Below the pieces are notes generated by a model. That model did no database searches, was not told the origin of the DNA, and worked only from the letters and a program-made list of their open reading frames with translations. Shown here piece after piece: positions 34,192 to 48,073 of a DNA stretch of 64,000 nucleotides; positions within the stretch are counted from its first letter, which is position 1; the number at the start of each line of letters is the position of its first letter. The stretch is taken from positions 8,308,001-8,372,000 of the forward strand of contig NC_134469.1 of the NCBI RefSeq assembly GCF_964194025.1, written 5' to 3'. Origin of the DNA: Convolutriloba macropyga (Eukaryota). Made by a program: the position numbers and the translations under genes.

Positions 34192-37100
34192 CTGTACACA
34201 CATTTACCCAATTTACAATATTTTTGGTTTATTTGCACGGGTTTAAAATTCAACTTAAAAACAGGCAAAGTTCGACAAAAATAGGTCTCCCCTAGCTAAA
34301 AAAAAACAGGCTTCCTACGCCCCAATAAAACAGGCCTCCCACCATTCAAAAACTTCAACATTCTGCAGATGTGCAGGTCCAGACAAAGGTGCTCTGCTTA
34401 TGTGAACATTACTTTCTTTCGAACCTCATTTACCCAAATTGCGCACTTGTCTTGAAAAATTTTGCAAACGAAGTTCTCCGAGAGATGTGAATGAGTCCGT
34501 TTTTTACAAGCATTGTACTTCTTGCAAAAATTAGAAGTTAGAAGTTAATTCCCATTTTTTGTAAATGCGTTGAGCGACGATAGATTGTCTGAAAATACGG
34601 ATCGTTTCCGTTTATGCCCCCCCTCCCCCAGCTCAGTGGGTGCCTTTTGTTAACGCATGTGCCAAATTTTTACATAATGATGTACTATGTTATGGCACGT
34701 GCTCTGTAACTGGAGAGGGATGCATAACGTACTTGAGGGGGGGGGGCAAAACTTCCAAAATCGGATTAATTGTTGTAAATGCTAGCTTCACCAAACACTT
34801 TGCCAAAAATTATTCTTACCCGATCCGAGGCTTAACCCTCAATTTCATATTTCACGTAATGCGTATTCCACTCCAATTTATAGGCAAAAAGAGTGTAAGA
34901 GTGAAACAATTACACTGTATTTACATTCTTTTCTCCAATCTTTTTACACTCTTCGCAAAGAGTGCAATTCATGCTGGAGTGCTAAAAAATTACCTTTTTG
35001 CACAATTACCAATTTAGAGTGGACTGATAAAAAATTACACTCTTACACAATTATCATAATAACAAAATTGAAACGCAAAATACTAGTACCAGTTGGTGCT
35101 ATGGTTAATGCATAATGCACAAGGTTAAAGTAACATGAACGACAGAGGAGGGATCAATCCTCAGTACGTCCTTCCAATTTTATTTTTTAAAATTACACTC
35201 TTATAATTACACTCTTCCACCTTTTATTATGCAGAGAAATAGGGTTGTATTTTTTACACCCTTTGCACTCTTTTCCCCGTTATTTCTTGGGGAAAATCCT
35301 CGGCCCGGGTAGCGTGATCAACTTTTGCACGATTTGCGTCTGAATCATAAGTACTCAAGTCGGCAAGTCCACTCAAATTCCGCTTAGAAAAGTGCAAGAG
35401 ATGACGGGAATGAGCGGTATTTGACCAGAATGTGTGGAGTTGTTACAAATTATGCAAGAAATGAGACGAATTTCAGCGGGAAAAATGCAAGGAATTAGCA
35501 GAATATGAGCCCAAAAAAATGCAAATAATGAGCGAAATATAAGTAATGAAAGTACAACAATACGATTGGTAGTAGCAGCAGTAAAAATATTACACACTAA
35601 GTAGTTCTGCTCAAGTTCCGCTCCCATTCCGCACATTTCTTGCCTTTTTATTCCGTTTCAATTCCGCTCCCTTCTTGTATTTTTATGCCTCTCAGTTTCC
35701 GCTCATTTCTAGCATTTTTATTCCGCTCAAATTCCGCTTAATCGAGTCAAAAAAATGTAAGGGTTTTCAGCGGATTTTGCTAAACTGTCAACTGAAATTC
35801 CGCTCATTTCTTGATTTTTATTCCAGCTCATTCTTCGAATCGGGTAAACTCTGTTAGATTTTTTAAAATCGATATCTCATAAATTCACTCTGCAAATAAG
35901 TTTATGAGGAGAACAAGAAGAGTTAGAGGTAAGCAAAAACAATTCGAGCTGAAACCCCGCTGTCCAGAGGGGATCCAATATTTGAGGAATCCCATTGCGC
36001 TCTTTAATACATAATGAAAAACGAATCAAGAAATATATGCTGTTCCCCTCGGTGTTCTTATGCCCCCAGATACTAATGTTGTGTTGTTGCATAGTACAGT
36101 AATTTAGCGCGTGCACCGGAGGGCGTAAGTTGTTTACGCCCATAAGGCCGTGAAAACAGATAAAACGCAAAAACAAATTCTAATATACTTAATCACAGAC
36201 AAAAAGCGAGGAAAATTTTTCTACTATTGATATGTTCTTAATTTTCAGAAATGATAAAAAACTCTGTTTGAGCGCCCTAAAACACAATATTGAAACGCTA
36301 CAAGTTTTTGGCTACAAGTTCACTAACAAAATAAAGCTTATGTGGACAACCTGCATTAATCTTAGTCGCCATTATTCAAGAGTTTGTTTTTACTTTGCCA
36401 CCATTAAAATGCAATCGCTCAAAACTTTCAAGCATTTTATTTCAAAAATTTTCCAAAATTTATCAGAACCCGCTTATGAGCCGACCCCTAATATATCTAA
36501 ATATGAAAGGATTTAAACAGAAATTTTGATTCAATCAATGCATTTAACAAGCCCGAACAAATTACAATTTTAAATCAGTACTAAATGCAATTCTTATATC
36601 GGTTTTCAGTACTGGGCAAGTCCTAATACAACACCTGACAACTCTCGGTCTGACAACTCTCGGTCAAGATTCGGGTAAGACTTGCAAGTTGATTCTCAAA
36701 TAACTTTTCAAAAAATTTTCAGAAAAACTTCCAAATTTCCAAAAAAGTTTTTACGTGCCACAATTTTGGGATTAATTTTTATCCACTTTGAAAACACCCC
36801 GCAACCACTCGTTTTCTCGACTAATTTTGACGTTTTTGGACCTTTTCTTGACTGCAAGACTTGGATTTAAAGTTACCAAGTCATGGCCAAGACTTCGATT
36901 TAGAGTTGTCAAGTCTTGGCCAAGACTTGCACAAGACTGGCAAGTCTAAAATGTGTTTTGGCACTGTATCAAAAATGATACTGAGACTTGCAATTAGTGG
37001 AATTTGATTTAAAAAAAATTGAATTGAAGTAGTTTGTTGCTGATAATGAATTACGATCTAGCCGTAAAATGATGCAACGCATTACAGGAGATTGTTTGAC

Positions 37101-37606
37101 GGGCACCCAACATTCTTCACCTATATCTCTTGTGAGAGTTCACCTATGCCTTCTGCGAGAGTTACCCTTTATGGCAAAACAAGACTAAATTTATTCTTGC
37201 ATTCTATTTAACTTTATCGAGAAAGCCATTCTTATTTTGTCTTTGATTTTTGAAAGTTAACCTTCGTTCCTACAGCTCATGTATACCAGAACAGGTTTGT
37301 ATCCGGACAGGTGAAACAGATGATGAAACATAAAAAACCAGCGCCATTCCTTCAGAAGGAAACATTTGGTTAAGGGTGAGTATTGTCAAGTATTGACCCT
37401 TATTGGACGATGAGCTTTTGAGTGTATTGCACTTTATTATACTTCAACTCATTTTTTCCGTTTATAAAGTTGAGCTATTGTGTGCAGAAGTTTGACTTTG
37501 ATCAGATTATCCTGCACTCAAAATAGTCTCTGGTCAGACTCTATGCGCAGAAAATAATCTCTTTTGAGACATACCTGAGCTTGAAGTAGCCTCGTCAGAA
37601 AACGCT

Positions 37607-37942
37607 NNNNNNNNNNNNNNNNNNNNNNNNNNNNNNNNNNNNNNNNNNNNNNNNNNNNNNNNNNNNNNNNNNNNNNNNNNNNNNNNNNNNNNNNNNNNNN
37701 NNNNNNNNNNNNNNNNNNNNNNNNNNNNNNNNNNNNNNNNNNNNNNNNNNNNNNNNNNNNNNNNNNNNNNNNNNNNNNNNNNNNNNNNNNNNNNNNNNNN
37801 NNNNNNNNNNNNNNNNNNNNNNNNNNNNNNNNNNNNNNNNNNNNNNNNNNNNNNNNNNNNNNNNNNNNNNNNNNNNNNNNNNNNNNNNNNNNNNNNNNNN
37901 NNNNNNNNNNNNNNNNNNNNNNNNNNNNNNNNNNNNNNNNNN
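37607..37942. other. assembly gap (336 N)
   Basis: run of n. Confidence 1.
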
Positions 37943-38099
37943 GTACAAGACTCTTGCAAGATTCTTACAAGATCTTACAAGATATGCGTGTAAGTTCGAC
38001 TAGGGCTCTCACCCGCTAGCCTACATGCCCTGCAGGGACAATTTATAATACAAGTTTGTTCAAAAATTTAAGCCAGCTTGTGGCAGTGAAACTCTTGAA

Positions 38100-39300
38100 A
38101 AATCTTGAACCTCAAAAACAGATGATACGAGAGGAGTACAGAACTCTATGCCATTTCCCCCGAAACATAAAAAAACTGAATAAATGCTAACAAATACTTG
38201 TACAGATAATTCACTCCTCGTTAAAATTTGCATTTGCAGCACAGAAAGGGAAGCCTTCAATAAAAAGAAACGATGAAAAATAGCTAAGGCAAATTTTTGG
38301 AATTAATAGAGCAGTTCTGAAAACCGACCGAGAGAAAAAAATTGTTTCTGCAAAACAGAACAAGTGGTAATAGATACGATTGTTGAATCAAAGTAAAACA
38401 AAGCGGAAAATTTATGGACAAAACTTTTAGCCCAATTCCAGGACTGACAAAATCAGCAAAAAACTCCAAAAAGGTTGCCAAAAAGCTTCAAAGCTTATGT
38501 TTGTCTCCTGATAGCAAGATCTTGAATTAATCATTAAAACAGCAACTGCATGACAGAGAAATGCTGAACCACTCTAAAGATATCGTCCTAACGCACTGTG
38601 AACACCAAAACGTGTTCGGTGAATCAACCGCAAAGTGCGAAAAGACCTTACAAAATTTTCTGCACAACTGACTACCTGCTTCGACTAAAGCAGTGCATAA
38701 CAGAATTGTATCAGTGGTCCCAAATGTTGGTAAAAAGGCGTTGGTACAGCAAAGAATTACAGTAATTGAAACTGTGATAAAATGGGTTTCTTTTCTGTTT
38801 AGCAGAAATGTGAATATAAATGAAACTAGCTCTTAAATCACCTTTTCAATATGAGCTGGAGAACCCTACGGAATTTTCAATGAAAAATGCTCCTTCGGGT
38901 TTAACTCAAGTCTTTCCGATTTCCAAGCCCAATTTACCCAAATTGCAAATGATTTTTCCTTTATGATAGTTTGTGGTATTGCAGCTCATTACAGGAGAAA
39001 CTTTAATGCTCAATGAACAAAGTGACGTATTCCTTTGAAAAACAAATTAGGTGCGGCAAAAAATCTGAGAAAGATAAACACAACTTTTCAGCTTTCTTTA
39101 AACTGAAAACGGATAGAAAAAAGAAACTCCCTGAAATTTCTCGGAGTCACCATATCTCCTGATCTAAAATGAAAGCCAAACTGCTAATCTATTGGCGGAT
39201 AAGCAAACAATAAAAACATTCAACTACGGTGGGTAAATTAACTTAGTATCAATGAAAAGAGTTTGCTGTTTTTATGTAGATAAAAAGTTCAACTTCAGTT
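38100..39300 (+). pseudogene. highly degraded non-LTR (LINE) reverse transcriptase remnant
   Basis: LKFLGVTISPDLK* at 39131-39172 matches the LINE RT-end motif (KYLGV.id..L.W); PG-DKI-like trace near 38435; boundaries approximate. Confidence 0.5.
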
Positions 39301-39324
39301 TCTGAACAAAAAATTTTTGAGGAT

Positions 39325-41960
39325 CAATCCATCCAATACAGTTACTGACAACAAACGGCTAAGTCGAAATAGCGTGATGAGTATATGTATGTACATTCCT
39401 TGTTGATACAATATGAAAAAGCTCTTGAAAACTCTATTATACCTGTTTTATGGGATATGCAGAAAAGGATAGCAAACAAATATTTCAGACGCGAAAGGCT
39501 TAAAAAATGAGTCTCTAATAAAACTGATCTTAAAAAAGTCACTCTACGAAAAAGCCGTTGCAAAAGCGCGCTAGTCATCTGTGCTGCTGAAATCAATCGC
39601 CACATTTTTATGTAAACTCGTAATAGTGAAGAAATGTGAAATGACCGGTAAATCAAATTCTTAAATAGATTCATTTAGCCGCTCTTATCGCAACAAAACA
39701 AACTTTCATCTCTCATTGGTAATCTATTTTGTCATCTACCGAATGCCACAATGCATAGCAAAAACGACTGGTTAAATGCGTCTGACGACGTAAACAAAAA
39801 ATCAATAGACAAATAATATAACAGCTCAGCGAAAGAAAAACAGTCAGTAATATGTCCGGATTTTACGGTAAAACAATCGGTTATAAACTTTAGAGCACTC
39901 AAAATGAAGTAAAGTTTTATGAGAAATGTTCAAGATCTTAGCTCGTGGTTTTTATCAAGCGCTACTTCTGTCTTTAGAGTCTAAGAACTCTTTCTCAACT
40001 GATGCCATTTGTCAATTTACAATTTTGTTTCAGGTACTGAACGATATTCGCAACTCATGCACGAAAAATTATAAAACACAAACTCTGTAATCAAACTGAT
40101 ATCTGATTTAAAAGCCCGAGATCATTGATTGAGATCCAAAAGATCTCTCCCTTCAATTTATTGTCCTGATCAAACATTGGTTAAAAAACTCACTCAGTTC
40201 TTTGGCAATCGAGGTCGTCCCAGTATCCGCAGCTCCTAGGCTGTATGTCCTTCGACAATGACCAATGGCGCATCAATGCATAATAACCATGACGCTTGTC
40301 ATCTGCAGACAAAATAACTGCGAACCCTATTATTTTTACCTATCATTTCTTGCTCTATCGATTATTTACCAAGATATAATAGTCAAACTCAGTTGTCAGC
40401 AAAAAGTGTGATTAATAGATAATAGGCTGGGATCATTCCATCCAATACAGTTACTGAGAACAAACAGCTAAGTCGAAATAGGGTGATGATTATATGTATG
40501 TACATTCCTTGTTGAAATAATATGAATAAAACTCATTGAAAAATCTATTATACTTGTTTTTTCGGAGATTAAGAAGATGATAGCATCAAATACAGTTACT
40601 GAGAACAAACAGATAAGTCGAAATAGGGTGATGATTATATGTATGTACATTCCTTGTTGAAATAATATGAATAAAGCTCATTGAAAAATCTATTATACCT
40701 GTTTTTCGGAGATTCAGAAAAGGATAGCAAACGATTATTTCAGACGCGAAAGGTTAACAAATTAGACTCCAGGTAAATTGATCTTAGAAACTCAATGTAC
40801 ACAAATAGTTGTAAAAGCGCGCTAGATCATCTGTGCTGCTGAAATCAATCACCACGCCACTAATTTTAATAAACTGATAATCTTGAAGAAATGTGAAATG
40901 ACCGCTAAGTCACGTTAATAGTTGATTCTTTTTCTCTTTTCTTATCGTAACAATACAGAATTTCGACTCTCATTTGCAATCTATTTTGTCATCTACCGAA
41001 TGCAACAATGCATTGGAAAAAACTGCAATTTTTTGAAAAGTTTATCATCTAACTATTTTGTCATCTACCGTCTCACAATGCATAGTACTATGATTTCATA
41101 ATTAGAGTCCGTTTCCCGTTGTTGAGAGTTATCTGAAAAAGGATCAAAGTAGAAGATGATGTTGCGAATCACAACAATAGCTTCGTTCTTTTATGCTCTG
41201 CTTTTTTCTTCTGTCCAAAAATATTTCATCTCTGCTATTTTTATTGAAACGTTTATCAACAAACTATTTTGTCATCTACCGAATGCCACAATGCATAGCA
41301 AAAACGACTGGTTAAATGCCTCTGATGACGTAAAAAATTCAATAAAAAAATGATCTAAAACCCAAACAAACGGAAAACAGTCACTAATATGTCCAGAATT
41401 TACGGTAAAACAATCGGTTAAAAACTTCTGAGCACCCAGCATGAGGTCAAATTTTATGAGATTTGGCCACGATTTTAGCTCTTATTTTTAATCAAACGCT
41501 ACTGTTGTCTTGCGAGTCTAAGGTCTGTTTCTCGACTAATGCCATTTGTCTTTATTTACCACTTTGCTTCAAGTACTGAAGAGTCTTCGCAAGTCATGCT
41601 CAAAAAATGAGAAAACTCAAACTCTGTAATCAAACTGATATTTGATTTAAGAGCCCGAGATCATTGGTTGAGATCCAAAAGATCTTCTTCTTCAATTTAT
41701 TATGGGGGTCGAACATTGGATCAAGAAACTCACTCATTTATTTGGCAATCGAGGCTTCCCAAATTTCAGCAGCTCTTAGAATGTCCTTCGACAATGTCCA
41801 ATGGCTCCTCCATGCATAATAACCCTGACGCTTGTCATCTGGAGACGGCGAATCAATTTTTCCTTATGATTTCTTGTTCAGTCGATTAGTAACCGGGGTA
41901 AAATAGTCAAGCTCAATAGTCTGCAAATGTCTGATACTTAGATAATAATCTATTTTTCTA
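39325..41960. repeat. diverged tandem duplication (~1.1-1.5-kb unit) with internal re-duplications
   Basis: aatacagttactga...gtcgaaatag...gtacattccttgttga at ~39335, ~40445 and ~40590; 39720-40380 resembles 41265-41900. Confidence 0.8.
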
Positions 41961-43551
41961 TTTTTATCAGTTGACAGCGCTATGATTCCACAATTATAGA
42001 CAGTGTCCTGGTTTTGAGAGTTTTCAGAATGAAAGGATCAAAGTAGATGATGGTGTCAGTCGTAGCAACAGATTCGTTCTTTTCTCCTCTAGTTTTTTTC
42101 TGCCCAAAATATTTTCCATCAGCGCTATTTTTTTTTACTAATTTATCAGCTAACAAATCTTTGACACTATGAACCAAATAAATTGATCTATTGTTTGATA
42201 TTTTTTGTGAAAACGAGCAACGAAGACCACGACGGTTCGAATCGCAGTGATGGCCCTTTTTTCTTTCGATTTTTCCGTTTCTGTTTATTTACACAACGAA
42301 AAATGTCGAAACAATTCTCAATTAATAACAAATAAGCTGCCGCTTGATTAGTTTATATTTGGCGCAAGTGTAACAGAAACGTTGCAACCCGTATTTCTTG
42401 AACAGCAAGGCCAGCCGCTCACTTTGTAACCTTTGTGATAGATTTTAATGAATGCAAGCAATAGGTGAAGCTGAAATCAAATGTATGAATTTCATCATTC
42501 ACACAAAACTCTGGCATATACTTGCACGAAGATCATGAAATACCAGTTTTATTAATCTAGTTACCGGGCCATTTACTTCTTCCGGGAACGTGTATTTAAC
42601 GACCCGCAATGACATCCCCCAGACGACGTGTTGGCCAGTCATAATTACAGGAACTCATCTTAGGCATTCCTATCATATACATCTCTAACTGGCGAAATTC
42701 CAGGTTGCATTAAAGTACCAGGTTCCATTAAATTGAATGGAGCGCCAACAACTCATACGATGCGGGAACATTATTTTATTGAGATCCACCTGAGCACAGT
42801 TGCGAGGGCAGAAATTGATTGTTTCAGGATCCATGGAGAAGGAGAAAGCGCGTCCAACTTATAGGAGATTCACAATTGTAACAGACTGGGGCCAACTCCT
42901 TCCCTTATATTCAAGGGTTGGGTTCGGCAGCGTTATTTAATCCAAGAAAAGTGTACGAACTACTTACTCGGTCAAAAATCTGAGGAGCGTAGTCTACAGA
43001 AGCATGGCGGTAGCGAGATAGAATTTATTTTTAAGTGAAAGTGAGAACAAGTGGTTGTGCGCTGTTCCGCTGCAATTACGCAAAAATCACCATTAGAGTT
43101 TAATATACCAACTATTGAGGTGAGGTGCTTTTTAACAAAGACACTCTCTGGCCAACTAAAACAAAAGCACGCGTGACGAGATTTTTCATTGGAGACAGAA
43201 GGATATCTTACAGGAGTGTTAGACAGGCAGGTAGCCATATTATTTGAAGATCCAAAATTGAGTTTAAGCTCAAAGTTTGAGATAGTTAAAAAAGTTGATA
43301 GTCGCTATTATTGAACGGACGCATCTGCTTGACTCTTAAGTATATGGTACAGATTGTTTTCTGTATGCTTCATCTCATCTTTATGATTTTTCTGTGTGCT
43401 CAAAAACGCTAATAAAACTGTCATTTTTTCTTCTATAAATGTGATTTTTTTAATGTTCTAAAGATGCAGTTGAAGCAACTATCAGAAAACCTGCTGTTTT
43501 TATACTTATTTTTGACGGAAATGGTTGATGCGTTTTTAATGTGTCAACACG

Positions 43552-46500
43552 AGTAGTATCCATATCTGCCATGTTACTGGAGGGGGGGGGGGGGGGTGTC
43601 CGGACCCCCCGCCCTCCAGTAACATGGCAGATATCTGCTGTTGAAATGTTCGCTGTATATAGAATTAGGTGTTACCTATGTTTTGAACTCTCACTAAATC
43701 TTTTTGGTGAAAACATAAAAAAACCTAATATAAGACACCAGAAGCCTAAAATTTTTCAAAAAAATTCAAAAATTTTTTCGAAAATTTTTCAAAGTTTTCC
43801 AAAGTCCTAAAATGGTCTGAAATGGATTTTGCGCTATGAAAGAGCACCCAAAAGTGATTTTTTGTTGACTTCACTTTTTTCACCTAAGTAGTATAGGGGT
43901 CGAAACATAAAAATTTCGAATTTTTTGAAAAAAATTTTAAAAATTTTTTGGAGTCCTAAAATGGCATGAAATGGATTTTTGCAATGAAGGAGCTTTCAAA
44001 AATGATTTTTGTGGACTTCATTTTGTTCAACCAAATAGGACATGAAAAACTCAGTTTTTGAAGCAGTCTGAAAGAAGTCAAAGAGCAGTCAGAAGCAGTT
44101 TTTGTTGACAATACTTTTGCAAAGGTTCAGTGTGATGTGGAAAGCTTGGCTTTGTTTTTTTTATATACATGTGTAACTATGTATATTTCTATCAAAACAA
44201 GTACGTATATTTGCTTACATGTGTTCAAAATTGTAATGTTTTTGCAGGAATGAACAATTGAAAGAAACGAAAGAATGAGAGTTTTATTTATATAATTATG
44301 CGTTTTCATGTTTATAATGAAAGTATATATGAAAGTGTATATCTGTTTATAAGTAAATATAATTGTGCTTAAGATTAGTAATATGTTTCTATCAGTATAA
44401 GCTGAAGTGTATGTCTGTGGGTAGAAATTGTAAATGTTTGTATATGTCAAGACGTTCTTGGTTTTAAGTTTGTATGTTTTTCTATATCTATACAGTGAAA
44501 TGTATGTATATATGTCTGAATGTGTTTATGTATTTATGTATTTATATTTTTGCAATCCGATGAGAGAGAGAGAGAGATAGAGAGAAGGAGAGAGAGAGAG
44601 AGGGGGGGAGATAAGTTCCTGGAGGGCAATTTAATTGCCTTGAAGAACGTTGTTATTTGTCTCCACGATCCAATAATATTATATCTTGCACACGGATTTT
44701 GACCTTCAGCGTAGCTAAACTCTGTCCCATTAAGCATTGGCAAGCAAAATGTCACAAACGAAGACGACAATAAGTTTTTGATGTTCTGAGCATGCTTTGA
44801 TGAAAACTGAACTTTCTACACCTATCTAGCTACCATATTAAAACCTATCAAGATTTTTTACGAAAAAAAATTTCATGCTCTTTGTCTTTTAATCCTAGGC
44901 AAGAAAATGATAAAATGTTGCAACACAGAAGACGAAAACAACTTTTTGATGTTCTGAGCATGCTTTGTTGAAAACTGAAATTTCTTCTCCTATCTAGCTA
45001 CCATAATAAAAAACTATTAAGATTTGAGGATTGAGCAACCCTTCTAGGATTGAGCAAGATTATTTACAGGAAAAAATTATTTGAGATAAATTGTTGAGAG
45101 ATAAACAATAAATTGAGCTAAGTAAAAAGATTAAATTCTGTAAAAAACCGAAAAATTTGGTGGAAAAACTATGATATGCAGGAGCAGCTGAACGTGTTAG
45201 TTAAATAAAGTAGAATGATAGGAATTCGTCAAGAGCTTGAATCAAACAAATAATGTAATGATGTACAAGAAGAGTAGTTTCCACTGGAACTGTAAAAATA
45301 GCTAAATTTTCAAAAGTTAATTAGCCACTTAATCAATTAAGCAAGAAAGAACACAAGCTTTGTATCTGCGGGGGGTTGCTAGAAACAACTTCAGTAGCGA
45401 ATAAGTCTTGTTTGCGTATTGGGAATAACACTAACGGATAATGCGTGCTTTGACTGAAACCTTAAACAAAAGCGAATCGCTTCTTCAGTAAATGGTTCCA
45501 GCATACTGAATATACATATACTCAACTATTAAACACTGGAAGTAAAATATCAGAGCACCTCAAGCCAATAAAAATCAAATGAGTTCATTATTGTTCTTTC
45601 TTGAATCAAATTTTCTGTGCATTCATTAACCCTGTGTTAAAATTTTGGATTACTTATTGTTCTGTCGACGTTTTAAAATAACATCACCGTAACGATATTT
45701 GATAGAGCATCGGAAAGAGTAACATCCAAAGGAATTTGAAATTTAAAGCGACAGAGTCTGTATAACATATTGGGTTATGAAGCCTGGCGAACATTTCGGA
45801 ATTGAACACAACACTACTGCTACCTACTACTGCTACTGCCTACTACTACTATCTACAACTACTATCTACAATTAGTACCTACTACTACTACTGCTACCTA
45901 CTAGTACTACCTACAACTACTACTAGATACTATTAATATCTACTACAACTACTTATTGGTTCTAAGTTACACTAGTACCTACTACTACTTCCTTTTAATA
46001 CCTTCAAATGTTACCATTTGTTTACTAACTATCTACAAAAAGCTGTTTCTGTTTCTGTAAAAAATGAAAACAATTCTTATCTCTAGAGGAGACTCGCTGA
46101 GCATAAACAACAGAAGCTTTTCTCTATCTCAAGGTAATGTGTCCTGACTGACAAAGACCGATAGAATTTAGCCGCTAATATTTTCAACAATTCATTAAGT
46201 GTTTGAAGTTTTTTCGAAGATATAAAAAACGCTGAAGCTATGTTGTATACGTTAACTCAGTAATTTCTAACTCAATGTTAATTTCTTAATTAACAATTAA
46301 GAAATCCATGGTATGGTATATCAAGTGGTACCTAATTAATTAAATCAATGTAGGGTTTTATTGTTTAGCGAACCAGTCTAATTTTTAGGAGTTTTTTTGA
46401 TATGTTCTTTTTGTGCAACTTTTTTTATACTTTATTCAAAAATTGCTTGCTTCAAAAATTCTACAGTGTGTACTTTAATGGAAACAAACACTTTACAACG

Positions 46501-46833
46501 TACCTACATTATAAAAAAAACAGGTTTTACACTATATAGTTGTTATCGTATGTTTTTTCAGAGCCACCTGTTGTTTCAGTTGTCAGGATTTACACAAGTT
46601 TTCCGAATCCCTACGTTTCAAAAACTTGTATAGACAGAAAACTGCTGGGATAGCTTGCCAGAAGGACAATGCGTTTGTTGATTTTCATATTAACCTTAGT
46701 TTCGGCTCAGGATGTGTTCAGAGCTGAGACTGTAATTGTGAACTTGCTGTGCATCAAAAGTTTAGCGCTACATGATCTTGCAATTTTTGCTATATTAACT
46801 TCTTCCTAATTTGTTAAATTTCATTTGGTCATT
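43552..46833 (+). repeat. left inverted-repeat arm (~3.3 kb)
   Basis: Reverse complement of 48074-51674; mirrored ORFs 44127-44450/50575-50898, 44534-44770/50263-50499, 46397-46633/48274-48495; contains (GA)n, ~168-bp tandem units and an (ACT)n-like tract. Confidence 0.95.
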
Positions 46834-48073
46834 CATCAACTAGTGCAACGGAGAGCTTTACGTGGCTGGACTGCATTTAACCGCATCTGGCCATGCCTCG
46901 CGGGGCATGGTCATGCCTCAACGGTCTGTGGGAGTTGATATGAATCTATCACAACCGAACTACTGATTTATAAACCAATTAGACTTTTATTACCAATTAT
47001 GATAAAAACTTTCGTCTAAATTTCTCATTTTTTCCTTGTCGGCTAAACGACCTGTCCGCCAATTTTCCTAGCACCAGGAAAATCATGTGTTTTTTCTGTT
47101 TTTTTTTCTATAGAACAATGCAAAATTATACTCTTCAGCTTAGAATGCTTGCAGAAGTCGTGCAGTGAAGATAGCATAATAGACCACGTGAATATAGTCT
47201 ATATAATATAGTAAATTATATCAAAAAGCTTAGTAAAACCAGAAGGTCTCCTTCACTTTTTTGACACATATATAGCTGTAGTCTAAACAGATTGTGAGAA
47301 CGTATTTCAAATGTTTTGCGTTCACAACTATATAACATAACAACTATTATGACGTAGTTATCCCTTGAATACTATTTTTAGATCACAAACTCAAACTCAA
47401 ACTCAAACTTTGACTTTAAATTAGAGGGATAGGCCAAGTTTTCACATTTTATTATATTTGGTAATTCAAAGTTAAGCGGTCACCAATTATTGTGTTTTTA
47501 ATACTAAAAGTAGTCTTTCTTCAAAGTCAATTATCCTTGAATAGTGTTTTTAGATCAAAAATTCAAACGCAAATCTCAAGATTTCCATTTTTCTGTAGAG
47601 CAATCGAACAAAATCACCATTTTAATAAATTTGCTTATCGAAATCCATGCCGCCTCTGAGTTTTGAATACTAAAAAAGAAGCCTTTTTCTTAAAAGTCAA
47701 TTATCCTTGAATACTGTTTAGATCACAAAACTCGAAATCGAACACAATGGTTCAACTTTTAGGTAAAGTGATCGACCATGTTTCACATTTTTATCCTACT
47801 TGCTTATCCAAAGCCATACTGTCTCCGGTTGTGTTTTGAACACTAATAAAGAAGAATTTTGTTTCAAATTCCGCGAGAAGTACTTCTCCGGAACCATTTG
47901 GTGCCCATTGAGTGTAAACAGACGCTGAAAAGAAACAAAATTTGTTCAGCTAAACACCTAAATTTAATGTTTTTGTGCGACAAGACTGTGCAAGAATGCA
48001 ACAAGAATGCGCAACGAGTTTGTGCAAGAATGTTTCATGAGGTTGATTCGTTTTTAATTTTCTTCAGATAGAC

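Noticed and set aside
24331-37959. ORFs containing X runs (24331-24690, 37534-37959)
   Set aside because: Artefacts of translating through N gaps.
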